Source of the DNA: Candidatus Omnitrophota bacterium
GTDB taxonomy: Bacteria > Omnitrophota > Gorgyraeia > 2-01-FULL-45-10
Length of the DNA stretch: 64,000 nucleotides
Direction of reading: 5' to 3'
NCBI GenBank assembly: GCA_016935115.1
Contig: JAFGRN010000004.1
Location: forward strand, 5,778-69,777
Below, piece after piece: positions 11,945-21,971 of the stretch (position 1 is the stretch's first letter; each line of letters starts with the position of its first letter). The notes under the pieces were generated by a model that saw only the letters and a program-made list of their open reading frames with translations, did no database searches and was not told the origin of the DNA. The position numbers and the translations under genes were made by a program.

Positions 11945-11992
11945 CTCTCCTCATGCAAAAAATCACTCTGACCCATTTTCTTGATCATAATA

Positions 11993-12107
11993 GAAAATTT
12001 AGGGACGTTTTCAAAATTAGCTTCAGACCTGTCCCCATGAAAATTTAGGGACGTTTTCAAAATTAGCTTCAGACCTGTCCCCATTTTTAGCTTCAGGTCT
12101 GTCCCCC
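11993..12107. repeat. Tandem 46-bp direct repeat (2 full units plus a 23-nt partial unit)
   Basis: The unit gaaaatttagggacgttttcaaaattagcttcagacctgtccccat occurs at 11993-12038 and is identical at 12039-12084. The partial unit ttttagcttcaggtctgtccccc (12085-12107) carries the core 8-mer CAGACCTG replaced by its reverse complement CAGGTCTG. Confidence 0.9.
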
Positions 12108-12131
12108 ACCCACTTTTTAGATAAACCCGGG

Positions 12132-13412
12132 CTATCGCCTGAGTTTACTGAGTAGCTCGAAGAATTCCGGCAATGACTTGCTGACGCACTCAACGTCGTC
12201 TATGGAGCTCGCTCCGGAGGCTGTGAGGGCGGCGATGGCCATCGACATCACGGTCCTGTGGTCACCGTAGCTCTTGAGTTCCGCGCCGCGGAGGCGCTCG
12301 ACGCCGTCTATGACAATCGTCCCCCTGTCAACTGAGATATTGGCGCCCATCCTGCCGAGGTTATACATCATCGAGTCAATCCTGTCAGTCTCCTTTACCC
12401 TGAGCTCCTCGGCGCCCTTTATCACAGTCCTGCCTTTTGCCAGAGAGGCAAGCACGAATATTACTGGCAACTCATCTATGATGCCCGGGATATCTCTCTG
12501 GCCTATCTCAACACCGTTTATCGGGCCGGATTCGACTTCAATATCCGCGTACGGCTCAAATGCATCGACTTTATTGACGATTTTGACACGCGCGCCCATT
12601 GCGGATAATATATTAAGGATGCCTACCCTGGTCGGATTGATACTGACCTTCCTTATATTTATCTTAGATCCGGCGAGAAGGACAGCTCCCGCGATGAAGA
12701 AACTCGCGCTCGAAATATCACCGGGTATCTCTATCTCCCTTCCGGCAAGCTCACGGCCTCCGGATACCGAAACTGCCAGCCCATTCGTCCTGACATCGGC
12801 GCCGAAATATTTCATCATCCTCTCGGTATGGTCGCGCGACTTCACCTTCTCATTTACAGTCGTCGTGCCGGAGGCATACAGGCCGGCGAATAGTATGGCG
12901 CTCTTCACCTGCGCGCTTGAGACCGGCATCTTGTAGCTGATTGCCTTCATGGCGGCGCCGTTTATCTTTATCGGAGGAAGCCCGTCGGGCCCGGCGGCGA
13001 TATTGACGCCCATCATCGCCAGCGGATCGACTATGCGCTTCATCGGCCTCCTCAGAAGGCCCTCGTTGCCGGTGAGCACCGCGCCGAATCCCTGGCCTGC
13101 CAGTATGCCTGCCAGAAGGCGCATGCTCGTTCCCGAGTTTCCTACATTTATCGGAGCCCGCGGCCTTTTCAGCCCCCTAAGCCCGGCCCCTTCAATTACG
13201 GTAATGCCGCCTTTCCGGGCCACGCGCAAGCCCATATCCTTGAAAGCGCGCGCCGTATACCTGCAATCATCGCAATCGAGAAGCCCCCGCACGGAGGTTT
13301 TGCCCCTCGCGATCGCGCCGAGCATGATAGCGCGGTGGGAGATAGATTTATCTCCGGGAAGCGTTATCTCGCCCGATAGCATCTTTGCCGGTAATAATTT
13401 TTTCGGTTTCAT
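12132..13412 (-). CDS. aroA: 3-phosphoshikimate 1-carboxyvinyltransferase (EPSP synthase)
   Basis: 426 aa with LPGDKSISHR and GNSGTSMRLL motifs. Confidence 0.95.
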   Translation of the reverse strand: MKPKKLLPAKMLSGEITLPGDKSISHRAIMLGAIARGKTSVRGLLDCDDCRYTARAFKDMGLRVARKGGITVIEGAGLRGLKRPRAPINVGNSGTSMRLLAGILAGQGFGAVLTGNEGLLRRPMKRIVDPLAMMGVNIAAGPDGLPPIKINGAAMKAISYKMPVSSAQVKSAILFAGLYASGTTTVNEKVKSRDHTERMMKYFGADVRTNGLAVSVSGGRELAGREIEIPGDISSASFFIAGAVLLAGSKINIRKVSINPTRVGILNILSAMGARVKIVNKVDAFEPYADIEVESGPINGVEIGQRDIPGIIDELPVIFVLASLAKGRTVIKGAEELRVKETDRIDSMMYNLGRMGANISVDRGTIVIDGVERLRGAELKSYGDHRTVMSMAIAALTASGASSIDDVECVSKSLPEFFELLSKLRR

Positions 13413-13422
13413 GATAGGTAAA

Positions 13423-14349
13423 TTATACCATACCTTTTTTAGCGGCGATCAACTTCTTCATGTCGGCCGGGAGCTCGCTCGAAAATTCCATGAATTTTTT
13501 TGTGACCGGATGGATGAACCCTATCGTCTTCGCGTGCAGCATCGGCCTCTTCAGCCCGGAGGCAGTCCCGTACCTGGCGTCCCCCAGTACCGGATGGCCC
13601 AGGTGCGCCATGTGTACCCTAACCTGGTGGGTGCGGCCCGTCCCGAGCGTAAGTTCGATCACAGTCGCGTCTTTGAATCTTTTCAGCACATGGTAGCGCG
13701 TCGTCGCTTCCCTGGCGCTCTCCGACTCAAAATCGACCGCCATCTTCATGCGATCGCGCCTGTCGCGCCCTATCGGCGCGTCGATTATGCCGTTATCATA
13801 CTGTACCACTCCTTTGACAACGGCGATATACACCCTCCTGGCCGTCTTGGCCTTGAATTGCTTCGCCAGGAAGCGGTGCGCCTGGTCGGTCTTCGCCACG
13901 ACCAGGAGCCCCGATGTCCCTTTGTCGAGCCTGTGCACTATGCCGGGCTTCTTCACCCCGCCCACACCGGAGAGATCCTTGCAGTGCGCAAGGAGCGCGT
14001 TCACCAGGGTACCGCTGTAATTGCCGGGCGCCGGATGTACAACCATATCGGAGGATTTGTTCACCACGAGGAGCTGGTCGTCTTCATAGACGATATCGAG
14101 CGGGATCTTCTCCGCCATGACATCGAATTCGCTGGGCGCAGGCAGCTCTATCTCCACGCGCTCTCCGGACCTTATCTCATAGTGGTTCTTTCTGGGCTCG
14201 CCGTCGACGAGCACATTTCCGTCTCTTATAAGGCGCTGGAGGAACGCGCGCGAAAATTTGTCATGCATCTTCTCCGCGGCAAATTTATCAAGTCTCTTGC
14301 CGCTGTCTCCGGCGGCTACTTCGATCCTGAAGATTTCTTTCTTTTCCAT
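13423..14349 (-). CDS. rluD: 23S rRNA pseudouridine synthase, RluA/RluD family
   Basis: S4-like N-terminus plus the HRLDKGTSGLLVVAK catalytic motif. I start it at ATG 14349 (MEKKEIFRIE...). The 117-codon upstream extension in the track overlaps lgt and looks non-coding. Confidence 0.9.
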   Translation of the reverse strand: MEKKEIFRIEVAAGDSGKRLDKFAAEKMHDKFSRAFLQRLIRDGNVLVDGEPRKNHYEIRSGERVEIELPAPSEFDVMAEKIPLDIVYEDDQLLVVNKSSDMVVHPAPGNYSGTLVNALLAHCKDLSGVGGVKKPGIVHRLDKGTSGLLVVAKTDQAHRFLAKQFKAKTARRVYIAVVKGVVQYDNGIIDAPIGRDRRDRMKMAVDFESESAREATTRYHVLKRFKDATVIELTLGTGRTHQVRVHMAHLGHPVLGDARYGTASGLKRPMLHAKTIGFIHPVTKKFMEFSSELPADMKKLIAAKKGMV

Positions 14350-15059
14350 TGATTGAACCTTATCATGAAGATAAATAGGGCTGTTATAAATACCGCTATG
14401 CTGATGAGCTGCGACATGGTGAGCCCGGAAAATATTTTCGGATTGTCGCCGCGAAGGAACTCTATCAAAAATCTTTTGAATGAATACAGCAGGCAATAGC
14501 CGAGAAATATCTCGCCTTGAAAACGCCTTCTTTCCTGCCATAAAAGCAAGATAATAAAAATAACAAAGAGCGTGATTGATGAGAATATCTGGGTCGGATA
14601 TCTGTCGCCAAAGGGAAACCAATTTGGCGCCGGAGCACCGTAACAGCACCCGTTCAGGTAACAACCTATCCTTCCGAACGCCTGGCCGAGGGCAATGCAC
14701 GGCGCCACAAGATCCGACGCGTTCCAGAACTCCACTTTTCTCGAACGGGCAAACCAGGCCGATGCTGCCAGCGCTATGATGAACCCTCCGTACCAGATAA
14801 GCCCGCCGCCGGACAGGTTCAGTATTTCGACCGGATTCGTGACATAATACCTGAAATTAAGCAGAACATAAAGCAGCCTGGCGCCGAGTATTCCCGCAAC
14901 AAGCAGCAGTATGATGTAATCTATCATCGTATTTCTATCAATGCCGAATTTTGGGGCGCGGATATATATTATAGCGGCGGCAAAAGCAAATCCCACAGCA
15001 ACCATTAAACCATAGGAGTAAAGGGTAAAAGGGCCTATCTTAAGGAGGATGGGGTGCAT
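14316..15059 (-). CDS. lgt: Prolipoprotein diacylglyceryl transferase
   Basis: 247-aa polytopic protein with GRIGCYLNGCCYG and GARLLYV motifs. Confidence 0.92.
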   Translation of the reverse strand: MHPILLKIGPFTLYSYGLMVAVGFAFAAAIIYIRAPKFGIDRNTMIDYIILLLVAGILGARLLYVLLNFRYYVTNPVEILNLSGGGLIWYGGFIIALAASAWFARSRKVEFWNASDLVAPCIALGQAFGRIGCYLNGCCYGAPAPNWFPFGDRYPTQIFSSITLFVIFIILLLWQERRRFQGEIFLGYCLLYSFKRFLIEFLRGDNPKIFSGLTMSQLISIAVFITALFIFMIRFNQWKRKKSSGSK

Positions 15060-15065
15060 AAGGCG

Positions 15066-15518
15066 TCAGGGCCTTTTGAGGAACATGGCTAAAGCCAGCA
15101 AAATAACGCCTATTGTTATCGCGGAATCCGCTATATTGAAGACCGGCCACACGCGAAAATCCAGGAAGTCTATAACATATCCGAACTTCAGCCGGTCGAC
15201 CAGGTTTCCGGAAGCTCCCCCCAGTATGAACGCAAAAGCTGTGGCCGTAATCACGTCCATAGTGTGTGAGCGCATTATAAAGAACATCATAAGCGCTATC
15301 GCCGCAATGGAAAATACAATAAAAAAACCGGCGCCGCTTTTGAATATCCCGAACGCCGCGCCGTTATTAAGCACGAGTGTTATATGGAAGATCCCGGAGA
15401 TGACCCTGACGGATTCGCCGGGATCGAGGTTCGCTGCGGCCAGGTATTTACTCAGCCTGTCCGCGGCGAATATCACCGCCGCTGTCAGGAATATATAGGG
15501 CCTGAAGCGGTAAGTCAT
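15066..15518 (-). CDS. lspA: Lipoprotein signal peptidase (signal peptidase II)
   Basis: 150 aa with 4 TM segments and the NNGAAFG and FNIADSAI motifs. Confidence 0.92.
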   Translation of the reverse strand: MTYRFRPYIFLTAAVIFAADRLSKYLAAANLDPGESVRVISGIFHITLVLNNGAAFGIFKSGAGFFIVFSIAAIALMMFFIMRSHTMDVITATAFAFILGGASGNLVDRLKFGYVIDFLDFRVWPVFNIADSAITIGVILLALAMFLKRP

Positions 15519-15988
15519 CTACTCTCTTTCTTCTCCTGGCACTCTATGCAGAGCTCGCTGTGGGGCAATGCCATAAGCCGCCTTTTGGCTATCTGGCGGC
15601 CGCAGACGAGGCAATTTCCGTATGAACCGTCTTCCACACGTTTTATCGCTTCATCTATCGCGTAGAGAAGCTTCTGTTCCTCCGTGGCCCGGCCCAATGA
15701 AAAATCTCTGTCATAGTCGTCGCTCGCCTGGTCCGCCATGTGATAAGAGTATCCCGAGAGGTCCCCCGACGCGTCTCTCGCCGACTTGTTCAGCGTATTC
15801 TTCGATATGTGCATGAGGTCTCCGCCTACCTGAGACCTCTCGCGCAAAAGCAGTTCCTTGTATTTTTTTAATTCTGATTTCGGCATCTTCCTGGTTTTCG
15901 CCGCCGGATGCGGCTTAACTTTCGCCCTTGCCTTTGGCCTGGCTTTTATTTTTGACTTTATCTTTCTCTTGCGTCTAGACTTAGCCAT
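15515..15988 (-). CDS. DksA/TraR-family C4 zinc-finger protein with a Lys/Arg-rich N-terminal tail
   Basis: C-terminal CLVCGRQI...LCIECQ zinc finger preceded by a coiled-coil region (ADQASDDYDRDFSL). The N-terminus is AKSRRKRKIKSKIKARPKARAKVK. ATG 15988 has AAGGA 7 nt upstream; the track start at 16003 is also possible. Confidence 0.8.
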   Translation of the reverse strand: MAKSRRKRKIKSKIKARPKARAKVKPHPAAKTRKMPKSELKKYKELLLRERSQVGGDLMHISKNTLNKSARDASGDLSGYSYHMADQASDDYDRDFSLGRATEEQKLLYAIDEAIKRVEDGSYGNCLVCGRQIAKRRLMALPHSELCIECQEKKESR

Positions 15989-16007
15989 AATATTTCCTTT
16001 CATTTAT

Positions 16008-18782
16008 CTATACAGCTTCCACACACCTCTCGCAGAGAGTGGGGTGAACTTTATCGGAACCGACCGATTCACTGTAACTCCAGCAGCGCTGGCACTTCTC
16101 CCCTTTCGCCTTCTCGATATGTATTGATACAGGCACGGCCGGATCCTCCGTATCTGAAGCGCTTACAGGAGCATCTCCGATCTTCACCTGTGATACTATA
16201 AAGAGGTATCTCAGCATATTTTCATTATCGGCAAGCAATTTCTTAAAATTACTGTCCCTGCTCGCCAATATCACCCTGGCCTCAAGGCCGGATCCTATAT
16301 CGCCGAAGCCCCTCTTCTCTTCCAGTTTCTTCAGGACAAGCTCCCTCAATGCTATCAGCTTCTCCCACTTCAGCTCGAGATCTTCATTGTGCCATTTTCC
16401 GAAGTTGTCTTCGGGCCATGGTTCGAGATGCACCGAATCCGATTTGCCGGGGTAATTAAGATAACCCCATGCCTCATCCGTGGTCATGGCCAGTATCGGC
16501 GCCATTATCCGCAGGAGAGTGGAGAGCATCCCGAACATGGCTGTCTGCCCGCTTCTGCGCTCCGGCGAATCGGCTCTGAAAGTATACATCCTATCTTTAG
16601 ATATGTCCAGATAGACCGATGAAATTTCATATACACAGAAACTGTAGACATCCCTGTATACTTTATGGAAAGCGTATTCGTCATAGTGGAGCGCGGCGGC
16701 CTGCGCCACGGATGAGAGCCTGGAAAGTATCCATCTGTCTATCTCGGCCATCTTTTCATAAGGCACCGAGTCTTTCGCGGGATCAAAGTCATAGAGGTTG
16801 CTTAAAAGATACTTGTATGTATTCCTTATCTTCCTGTAAGCATCGGCCAGCCGGGTTAATATCTCATCCGATAACCTTATATCTTCGGAATAATCGCTCG
16901 ACGAGACCCATAGCCTCAGGATGTCAGCGCCGTACTTCTTCATAACCTGTTCCGGAGTTATGACGTTGCCGAGGGATTTGGACATCTTCTTCCCTTCGCC
17001 ATCCACGACAAAACCGTGTGTCAGCACGCCCCTGTACGGCGGGATGCCGTCGATACCCATGCCGGCGATTAGCGACGACTGGAACCACCCCCTATGCTGG
17101 TCGGAACCTTCCAGGTAGAGTTCGCAGGGGTAATCCATCTCTTCCCTCTTCTTCAATACTATCTGATGGCTAACTCCCGAGTCGAACCAGACGTCGAGTA
17201 TATCGGTCTCTTTCCTGAATTCAACACCGCCGCACTTTCCGCACCTGGCCGAAGCGCCCAGCAGTTCCTTCTCGCTCCTGCGGAACCAGATATCGGCGCC
17301 GTCCTTCTCTACGAGCGACGCGATGCTGTCGATCACCTTCGGATCCAGCAGTACCCCGCCGCAAGCCTTGCAATAGAACGCTATTATCGGAACGCCCCAG
17401 TACCTCTGTCTCGACAGGCACCAGTCCGGCCTCCCTTTAAGCATCGAAGATATGCGCGATTCACCCATCACCGGTATCCACTTAATTTTCGACGAGACCG
17501 CATCGAGCATCCTGTTTCTCAGGTCCTCATGGTCTATCTTCATGAAATACTGCTCGGTAGCGCGGAATATTATGGGCTTCTTGCACCGCCAGCAGTGCGG
17601 ATACGAATGTTTCATGTCCGCCTGCTTTACGAGCTTGCCCAGGAGAGCCAGCCTTTCTATGATAGGCTTATCGGCATCGCGCACTTTCATCCCGGCAAAC
17701 TCACCCGCTGTTTTATCAAATCTGCCCCTCTGGTCAACAGGCATCACGATCGGCAGTTTATAACGCTTCCCGGTGTGATAATCATCCTGCCCGTGGCCCG
17801 GCGCCGTATGCACACAGCCCGTGCCGTCCTCCATTGTAACGTACGATGCAAGGACTACTTTGGATTTCCTGTCTATGAAAGGATGGCGCGCTTCAATGCC
17901 CTCAAGGTCCTTCCCCTTCATGGTCTTCAACACCTTATAGCTCTTTACCCCCGCTATCTCCATAACTCGCGCGGCAAGATCCTTCGCCAGTATGAACCTT
18001 TCGCCCCTGAATTCCCCGTCAGTCACTTCCGCCTGGACATAATCAAAATCCGGATGGACAGCGACCGCCACGTTTGCGATAAGCGTCCACGGAGTGGTCG
18101 TCCATATGATGAAATGTCCCGCCATACCGCTATGAATGGATTCAAATTTCACATAGATCGACGGAGATACCTTGTCTTCATATTCCACCTCGGCCTCGGC
18201 AAGCGCGGTCTCGCATGTCGAACACCAGTTTACCGGCTTCAGGTCCTTATAGATATATCCCTTTTCGACAAGCTTACCGAACGACCTGACGATACCGGCT
18301 TCGTAATCTTTCGACAGCGTAAGGTAAGGCCTGTCCCAGTATCCCATTATGCCGAGCCGCTTGAATTCATCGCGCTGTATAGCGACATACTTCATGGCAT
18401 AGTCATGGGCCTTCTTCCTGAACTCAACCTGGTCTATGTCATACTTGGTAAGTTTCAATTCCTTGAATAGCTGGTGTTCGACCGGCAGGCCGTGGCAGTC
18501 CCATCCCGGCACATACGGTGAATCAAACCCGCGCATGGTCTTATAGCGCACGACTATATCCTTAAGGATCTTGTTCAGGGCGTGGCCCATGTGGATGGAG
18601 CCGTTTGCGTACGGCGGGCCGTCGTGCAGGATAAACTTCGGCTTTCCGCGGGATTTGGCGGCCAATTTGGAATGAAGGCCTTTCTCCTCCCATTCCTTAA
18701 GAAGCTTCGGCTCGCGGTTAGGCAGGTCCGCCTTCATGGGAAAACCCGTCTTTGGCAGATTTAATGTGCTCTTATAATCCAT
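16008..18782 (-). CDS. ileS: Isoleucine--tRNA ligase
   Basis: 924 aa with the HIGH-type motif ([10 protein letters not shown]), KMSKS, and a C-terminal zinc-ribbon pattern CQRC...CERC. Confidence 0.97.
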   Translation of the reverse strand: MDYKSTLNLPKTGFPMKADLPNREPKLLKEWEEKGLHSKLAAKSRGKPKFILHDGPPYANGSIHMGHALNKILKDIVVRYKTMRGFDSPYVPGWDCHGLPVEHQLFKELKLTKYDIDQVEFRKKAHDYAMKYVAIQRDEFKRLGIMGYWDRPYLTLSKDYEAGIVRSFGKLVEKGYIYKDLKPVNWCSTCETALAEAEVEYEDKVSPSIYVKFESIHSGMAGHFIIWTTTPWTLIANVAVAVHPDFDYVQAEVTDGEFRGERFILAKDLAARVMEIAGVKSYKVLKTMKGKDLEGIEARHPFIDRKSKVVLASYVTMEDGTGCVHTAPGHGQDDYHTGKRYKLPIVMPVDQRGRFDKTAGEFAGMKVRDADKPIIERLALLGKLVKQADMKHSYPHCWRCKKPIIFRATEQYFMKIDHEDLRNRMLDAVSSKIKWIPVMGESRISSMLKGRPDWCLSRQRYWGVPIIAFYCKACGGVLLDPKVIDSIASLVEKDGADIWFRRSEKELLGASARCGKCGGVEFRKETDILDVWFDSGVSHQIVLKKREEMDYPCELYLEGSDQHRGWFQSSLIAGMGIDGIPPYRGVLTHGFVVDGEGKKMSKSLGNVITPEQVMKKYGADILRLWVSSSDYSEDIRLSDEILTRLADAYRKIRNTYKYLLSNLYDFDPAKDSVPYEKMAEIDRWILSRLSSVAQAAALHYDEYAFHKVYRDVYSFCVYEISSVYLDISKDRMYTFRADSPERRSGQTAMFGMLSTLLRIMAPILAMTTDEAWGYLNYPGKSDSVHLEPWPEDNFGKWHNEDLELKWEKLIALRELVLKKLEEKRGFGDIGSGLEARVILASRDSNFKKLLADNENMLRYLFIVSQVKIGDAPVSASDTEDPAVPVSIHIEKAKGEKCQRCWSYSESVGSDKVHPTLCERCVEAV

Positions 18783-18783
18783 A

Positions 18784-19647
18784 TTACTTTATATATTTTC
18801 CTATTATCGGCCTAAGTCGGTCCATGGTCTCCGGCGATATCGATTTGGGATCCGTAACGATAGCGTTCTTAAGCGCATCCGCGCACGCGCAGCCTCTGTG
18901 GCCCGAAAGCTTCGGAAGGGCTTCGGAGAGGATCTTCTTCGAGATATCGACATTCTTAAGCAGGTTCTGTATTATCATCTCGAGCGAAACCTCTTCTTCG
19001 GCCTGGTACCAGCAATCATAGTCGGTGATGCAGGCTAAGGTCGCGTAGCAGATCTCCGCTTCCCTGGCAAGCTTTGCCTCGGCCATATTGGTCATGCCGA
19101 TTATATCCATACCCCATGAGCGATATAGATTCGACTCCGCCCTGGTGGAAAATTGCGGGCCTTCCATATTTATATATGTCCCGCCCATGCGCATATTTGC
19201 GCCTACTTTCATGCCGGCATCATACAGCGCCTTGGCAAGGACCGGACAGACAGGATCCGCGAACTGTATATGCGCCACTACGCCTTCACCGAAGAATGTC
19301 ATTTGGCGGGCCTGGTTGGTCCTGTCCACAAACTGGTCCGGCAGGACGATGTCGAGCGGCTTCAATTCTTTCTTCAGGCTGCCGCAGGCGGAGACCGATA
19401 TTATCCTGTCGACGCCCAGTTTCTTCATCCCGTAGATGTTAGCGCGGTAGTTCACTTCGCTCGGCGATATTCTATGGCCCTTGCCGTGGCGCGTCAGGAA
19501 GACCACTTCTGCGCCCTCCATAGATCCCGTCATATATTCGTCGGAGGGGTCCCCGAATGGCGTGGCAATCTTTTCCTTCTTTGCTTTGGAGATCTTATCC
19601 ATGCTGTAGAGCCCGCTTCCGCCAATTATTCCTATCCTGCCTGCCAT
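18784..19647 (-). CDS. mtnP: S-methyl-5'-thioadenosine phosphorylase
   Basis: PNP/MTAP family with [10 protein letters not shown] and [18 protein letters not shown] motifs. ATG 19647 has AAGGGGG upstream; the track start at 19677 would overlap yggT. Confidence 0.88.
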   Translation of the reverse strand: MAGRIGIIGGSGLYSMDKISKAKKEKIATPFGDPSDEYMTGSMEGAEVVFLTRHGKGHRISPSEVNYRANIYGMKKLGVDRIISVSACGSLKKELKPLDIVLPDQFVDRTNQARQMTFFGEGVVAHIQFADPVCPVLAKALYDAGMKVGANMRMGGTYINMEGPQFSTRAESNLYRSWGMDIIGMTNMAEAKLAREAEICYATLACITDYDCWYQAEEEVSLEMIIQNLLKNVDISKKILSEALPKLSGHRGCACADALKNAIVTDPKSISPETMDRLRPIIGKYIK

Positions 19648-19657
19648 GATACCCCCT

Positions 19658-19957
19658 TTATCCCATTCTTGACGCAATATTGAACAGTGTCTTCACCGCG
19701 AATAATTGCAGGAACCATATTACAAGCAGCGCAAATATCGGGGAAAGATCCAGCCCGGTATTATAAATGGGTATGATCCTGCGAAACGGCGCCAGCATGG
19801 GCTCCGTGGTCCTGTAAAGGAACTGCACTATCGGATTGTACGGGTCCGGATTCACCCAGCTCAATAGCGCCCTGATTATTATAAGCCAGTTCGCTATAGT
19901 CAGTATGTAGCTTATTATGGTAGCTATAGCATAGAGGAGATTCCCGAATACAAACAT
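19658..19957 (-). CDS. yggT: YggT-family membrane protein
   Basis: 99 aa with 2-3 TM segments. It sits next to proC and yggS, as in many Gram-negative genomes. Confidence 0.8.
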   Translation of the reverse strand: MFVFGNLLYAIATIISYILTIANWLIIIRALLSWVNPDPYNPIVQFLYRTTEPMLAPFRRIIPIYNTGLDLSPIFALLVIWFLQLFAVKTLFNIASRMG

Positions 19958-19959
19958 GA

Positions 19960-20775
19960 TTATCCTTTCGAAAGTTCTTTCGACCTTTTACACGCGGCTT
20001 CCGCGGCCAATCGGACTATATCGGCGAATTTTCTCTTCTTGAATACTTTTAGCGCGGCTTCGGTAGTGCCGCCCTTGGAGGTGACCCTGCGGCGGAGATC
20101 AGAGGGAGATGCCCCCGTCCATCCGAGTAGCCTGGCGCTTCCCGTGGCGGTCTTGACGGCAAGCTTCTCCGCGGTCTTACTGTTAAACTTCAATTTTTTC
20201 GCGGCATCCGCAAGAGCCTCCACCATATAGAAAAAATAAGCCGGGCCGCTGCCGCTTATAGCCGTCACGGCATCGACCATATTCTCCCCGACCTCTATCA
20301 CATCGCCCACCATGGAGAATATCTCGCGCGCCGCGCTCATATGCTCTTCCTTCGCCGAAACGCCCGGGCTGATCGAAGAGATCGCTTCGCCTACTATTGC
20401 CGGCATATTAGGCATGACACGCACTACCGGGATATTCTTGCCGACTATTTTCTCTATATGCCCCGTCTTCACTCCGGCGGCTATGGATATCAGAAGTTTC
20501 TGAGGCGATATCCCGCAGCATATCTCCTGCTTCAATAGCTGCTCGATATCCTTCGGCTTCACGGCGAGTATTATGATATCCGAATATTTGACGACATAAT
20601 TATTGTCGATCTCGACTATTATCTTGTATTTCGACTGGATAACGTCACGCCTCCCGGCGTCCATCTCGCTGACCATGAGCGATGTGCTCTTCTCCATCAC
20701 CGTTGCGAGCCGGCTGAATATTGCCTCGCCCATGTTGCCGCATCCGATTATGCCTATCTTTTTGTCTTTTATCAT
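19960..20775 (-). CDS. proC: Pyrroline-5-carboxylate reductase
   Basis: 271 aa with a Rossmann motif (IGIIGCGNMGEAI) and the C-terminal SKGGTTEAAL motif. Confidence 0.93.
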   Translation of the reverse strand: MIKDKKIGIIGCGNMGEAIFSRLATVMEKSTSLMVSEMDAGRRDVIQSKYKIIVEIDNNYVVKYSDIIILAVKPKDIEQLLKQEICCGISPQKLLISIAAGVKTGHIEKIVGKNIPVVRVMPNMPAIVGEAISSISPGVSAKEEHMSAAREIFSMVGDVIEVGENMVDAVTAISGSGPAYFFYMVEALADAAKKLKFNSKTAEKLAVKTATGSARLLGWTGASPSDLRRRVTSKGGTTEAALKVFKKRKFADIVRLAAEAACKRSKELSKG

Positions 20776-21440
20776 CTGAATATCGCCCTTCCTATGCGCA
20801 CAAGAGTGGCGCCCTCTTCTACCGCCACCTCAAAGTCATTGGACATTCCCATGGAGAGCATGGAGTAATTCGTTCCGAGCTCGACATTTACCTTTTCGAG
20901 AATCTGCCGAAGGCCCGCGAAATAAGGCCTCACCTCTTCGGGATCGTCCGCCTCGGGAGCGATCGTCATGAGCCCCCTGATCGAGATATTGGGGCAAGCA
21001 ACGATCTCTTTCAATACGCCCGCCGCCGATTCCGGCGGGATCCCGAACTTCGACTTCTCGCCGGATATATTGACCTGGACCAGGATATCCTGCCTCTTAC
21101 CGATACGGCCGGCTTCTTTATCTATTGCATCGGCAAGCCTAACGCTATCCACAGAGTGAATAAGCGAAAATATGCCTACGGCATCTCTCGCCTTATTCGT
21201 CTGCAGGTGGCCTATCAGGTGCCACTCGGCCCGGTTGCCTATCGCAGCGTGTTTGCGGGCCGCATCCTGCACCCTGTTTTCACCGAAAATCTTAATCCCC
21301 GCCCTGGCCGCCTCCAGCATCTGCGATACGGAGGCTTCTTTGGTCACACATACCAGCTGCACACTGCCGGCAGGCCGGCCTGTTTTTTCGCAACACTTTG
21401 CTATTCTTTGCGTTACGGATTTGATATTGTCGGCTATCAT
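20772..21440 (-). CDS. yggS: YggS-family pyridoxal-phosphate homeostasis protein
   Basis: Alanine-racemase-N fold protein with FGENRVQD, HLIGHLQTNK and SMGMS motifs. The start is uncertain: ATG 21440 or 21449, or TTG 21461. Confidence 0.88.
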   Translation of the reverse strand: MIADNIKSVTQRIAKCCEKTGRPAGSVQLVCVTKEASVSQMLEAARAGIKIFGENRVQDAARKHAAIGNRAEWHLIGHLQTNKARDAVGIFSLIHSVDSVRLADAIDKEAGRIGKRQDILVQVNISGEKSKFGIPPESAAGVLKEIVACPNISIRGLMTIAPEADDPEEVRPYFAGLRQILEKVNVELGTNYSMLSMGMSNDFEVAVEEGATLVRIGRAIFR

Positions 21441-21449
21441 TCGCGGCAT

Positions 21450-21478
21450 AAAATAACACAATAGTCCTCAAAAGTCAA
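21450..21478 (-). promoter_or_regulatory. Candidate promoter of the yggS-proC-yggT-mtnP-ileS unit
   Basis: The minus strand reads TTGACT-17 nt-TATTTT. The -10 box abuts the first ATG, so the transcript may be leaderless or nearly so at ATG 21440. Confidence 0.4.
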
Positions 21479-21520
21479 CGCAATTCAGGGCAAAAATATC
21501 CCCTGGCTCCTCCACCAGCT

Positions 21521-21802
21521 AAGCCATGATCCAAAGTTATGTTCGCACTGAAAATATCTCCCATGTACTCAAATCTACAGGGACCGGTCTTTTGTTCAGG
21601 ATAAAAAGGGGAACCTGCTTAAACTCGGCCACTTGGAAGTGGCCTCATCCTCCTACGCCTTCAACGCTTAGATTGTACGAGGCTTCGAAAGGACGCCTAT
21701 AGTAATACCACTGCGACATCCTCGGTTCTTTTTAACCCTTTTTATCCTTCTCAAAAGACCTGATATTTTCAATGTGCTCTCTATAACTTCGGATCATGGC
21801 TT
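21521..21802. repeat. Long imperfect palindrome (about 280 nt); MITE-like element or structured RNA
   Basis: Arm 21521-21615 is the reverse complement of 21726-21802. Paired blocks: 20 nt with 1 mismatch (aagccatgatccAaagttat), tgaaaatatc (10/10), ggtcttttg (9/9), ggataaaaaggg (12/12) and gaacc. The left arm has a 27-nt asymmetric bulge. The apex contains GGCCAC-TTGGAA-GTGGCC. Confidence 0.8.
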
Positions 21803-21894
21803 ACTGTATACAAGTAGTCCTAGTTTATGTATAGGCTACTTGCTACCCCCTCACGAGAGGGATTTTTCGGCTATTAGTTTCTGTAGTAGTAGAG

Positions 21895-21955
21895 TAGGGA
21901 CGTTTTCAAAATTAGCTTCAGATGTGTCCCCATTTTTAGCTTCAGACCTGTCCCC
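21895..21955. repeat. Second copy of the TAGGGACG...GTCCCC element seen at 12046-12107
   Basis: tagggacgttttcaaaattagcttcagatgtgtccccatttttagcttcagacctgtcccc is the same as 12047-12106 except for the two CAG-NNNN-TG cores. Confidence 0.9.
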
Positions 21956-21971
21956 GGCAGCTGCTTTCATA

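Noticed and set aside
11784-11966. 60-aa minus-strand ORF (MIFCMRRDCFGLRPRNDVRGLLAMTAEW...)
   Set aside because: It is a read-through of the CGTCATTGCGAG/hairpin repeats and overlaps the predicted mreB promoter, so it is a repeat-derived pseudo-ORF.
11993-12107. Possible CRISPR array because of identical 46-bp direct repeats
   Set aside because: The units are directly adjacent with no unique spacers, there are only 2.5 units, no cas genes are in the window, and the same unit occurs singly at 21.9 kb.
12949-14352. 467-aa plus-strand ORF, the longest plus-strand ORF left of 26 kb
   Set aside because: It lies entirely antisense to aroA and rluD, both of which have clear family motifs. Its product is a low-complexity Pro/Arg/Ser-rich sequence with no motif. 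The same applies to the ORFs at 17094..18470 (antisense to ileS), 54152..55246 (antisense to rpoD), 171..938 (antisense to recJ) and 56844..57668 (antisense to dnaG).
21628-21672. A tmRNA-like tag reading frame, ...A S S S Y A F N A stop, next to a GGCCAC/GTGGCC hairpin
   Set aside because: No tRNA-like acceptor or T-arm (GGTTCGA-type T loop, 3' CCA pairing with a GGGG 5' end) exists on either strand within 400 nt. The segment is better explained as the apex of the left palindrome.
21526-21702. 58-codon plus-strand ORF (MIQSYVRTENISHV...) inside the non-coding island
   Set aside because: It has no Shine-Dalgarno sequence and runs through palindrome arms, so its sequence is dictated by the repeat structure. 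It shows no recognisable features.
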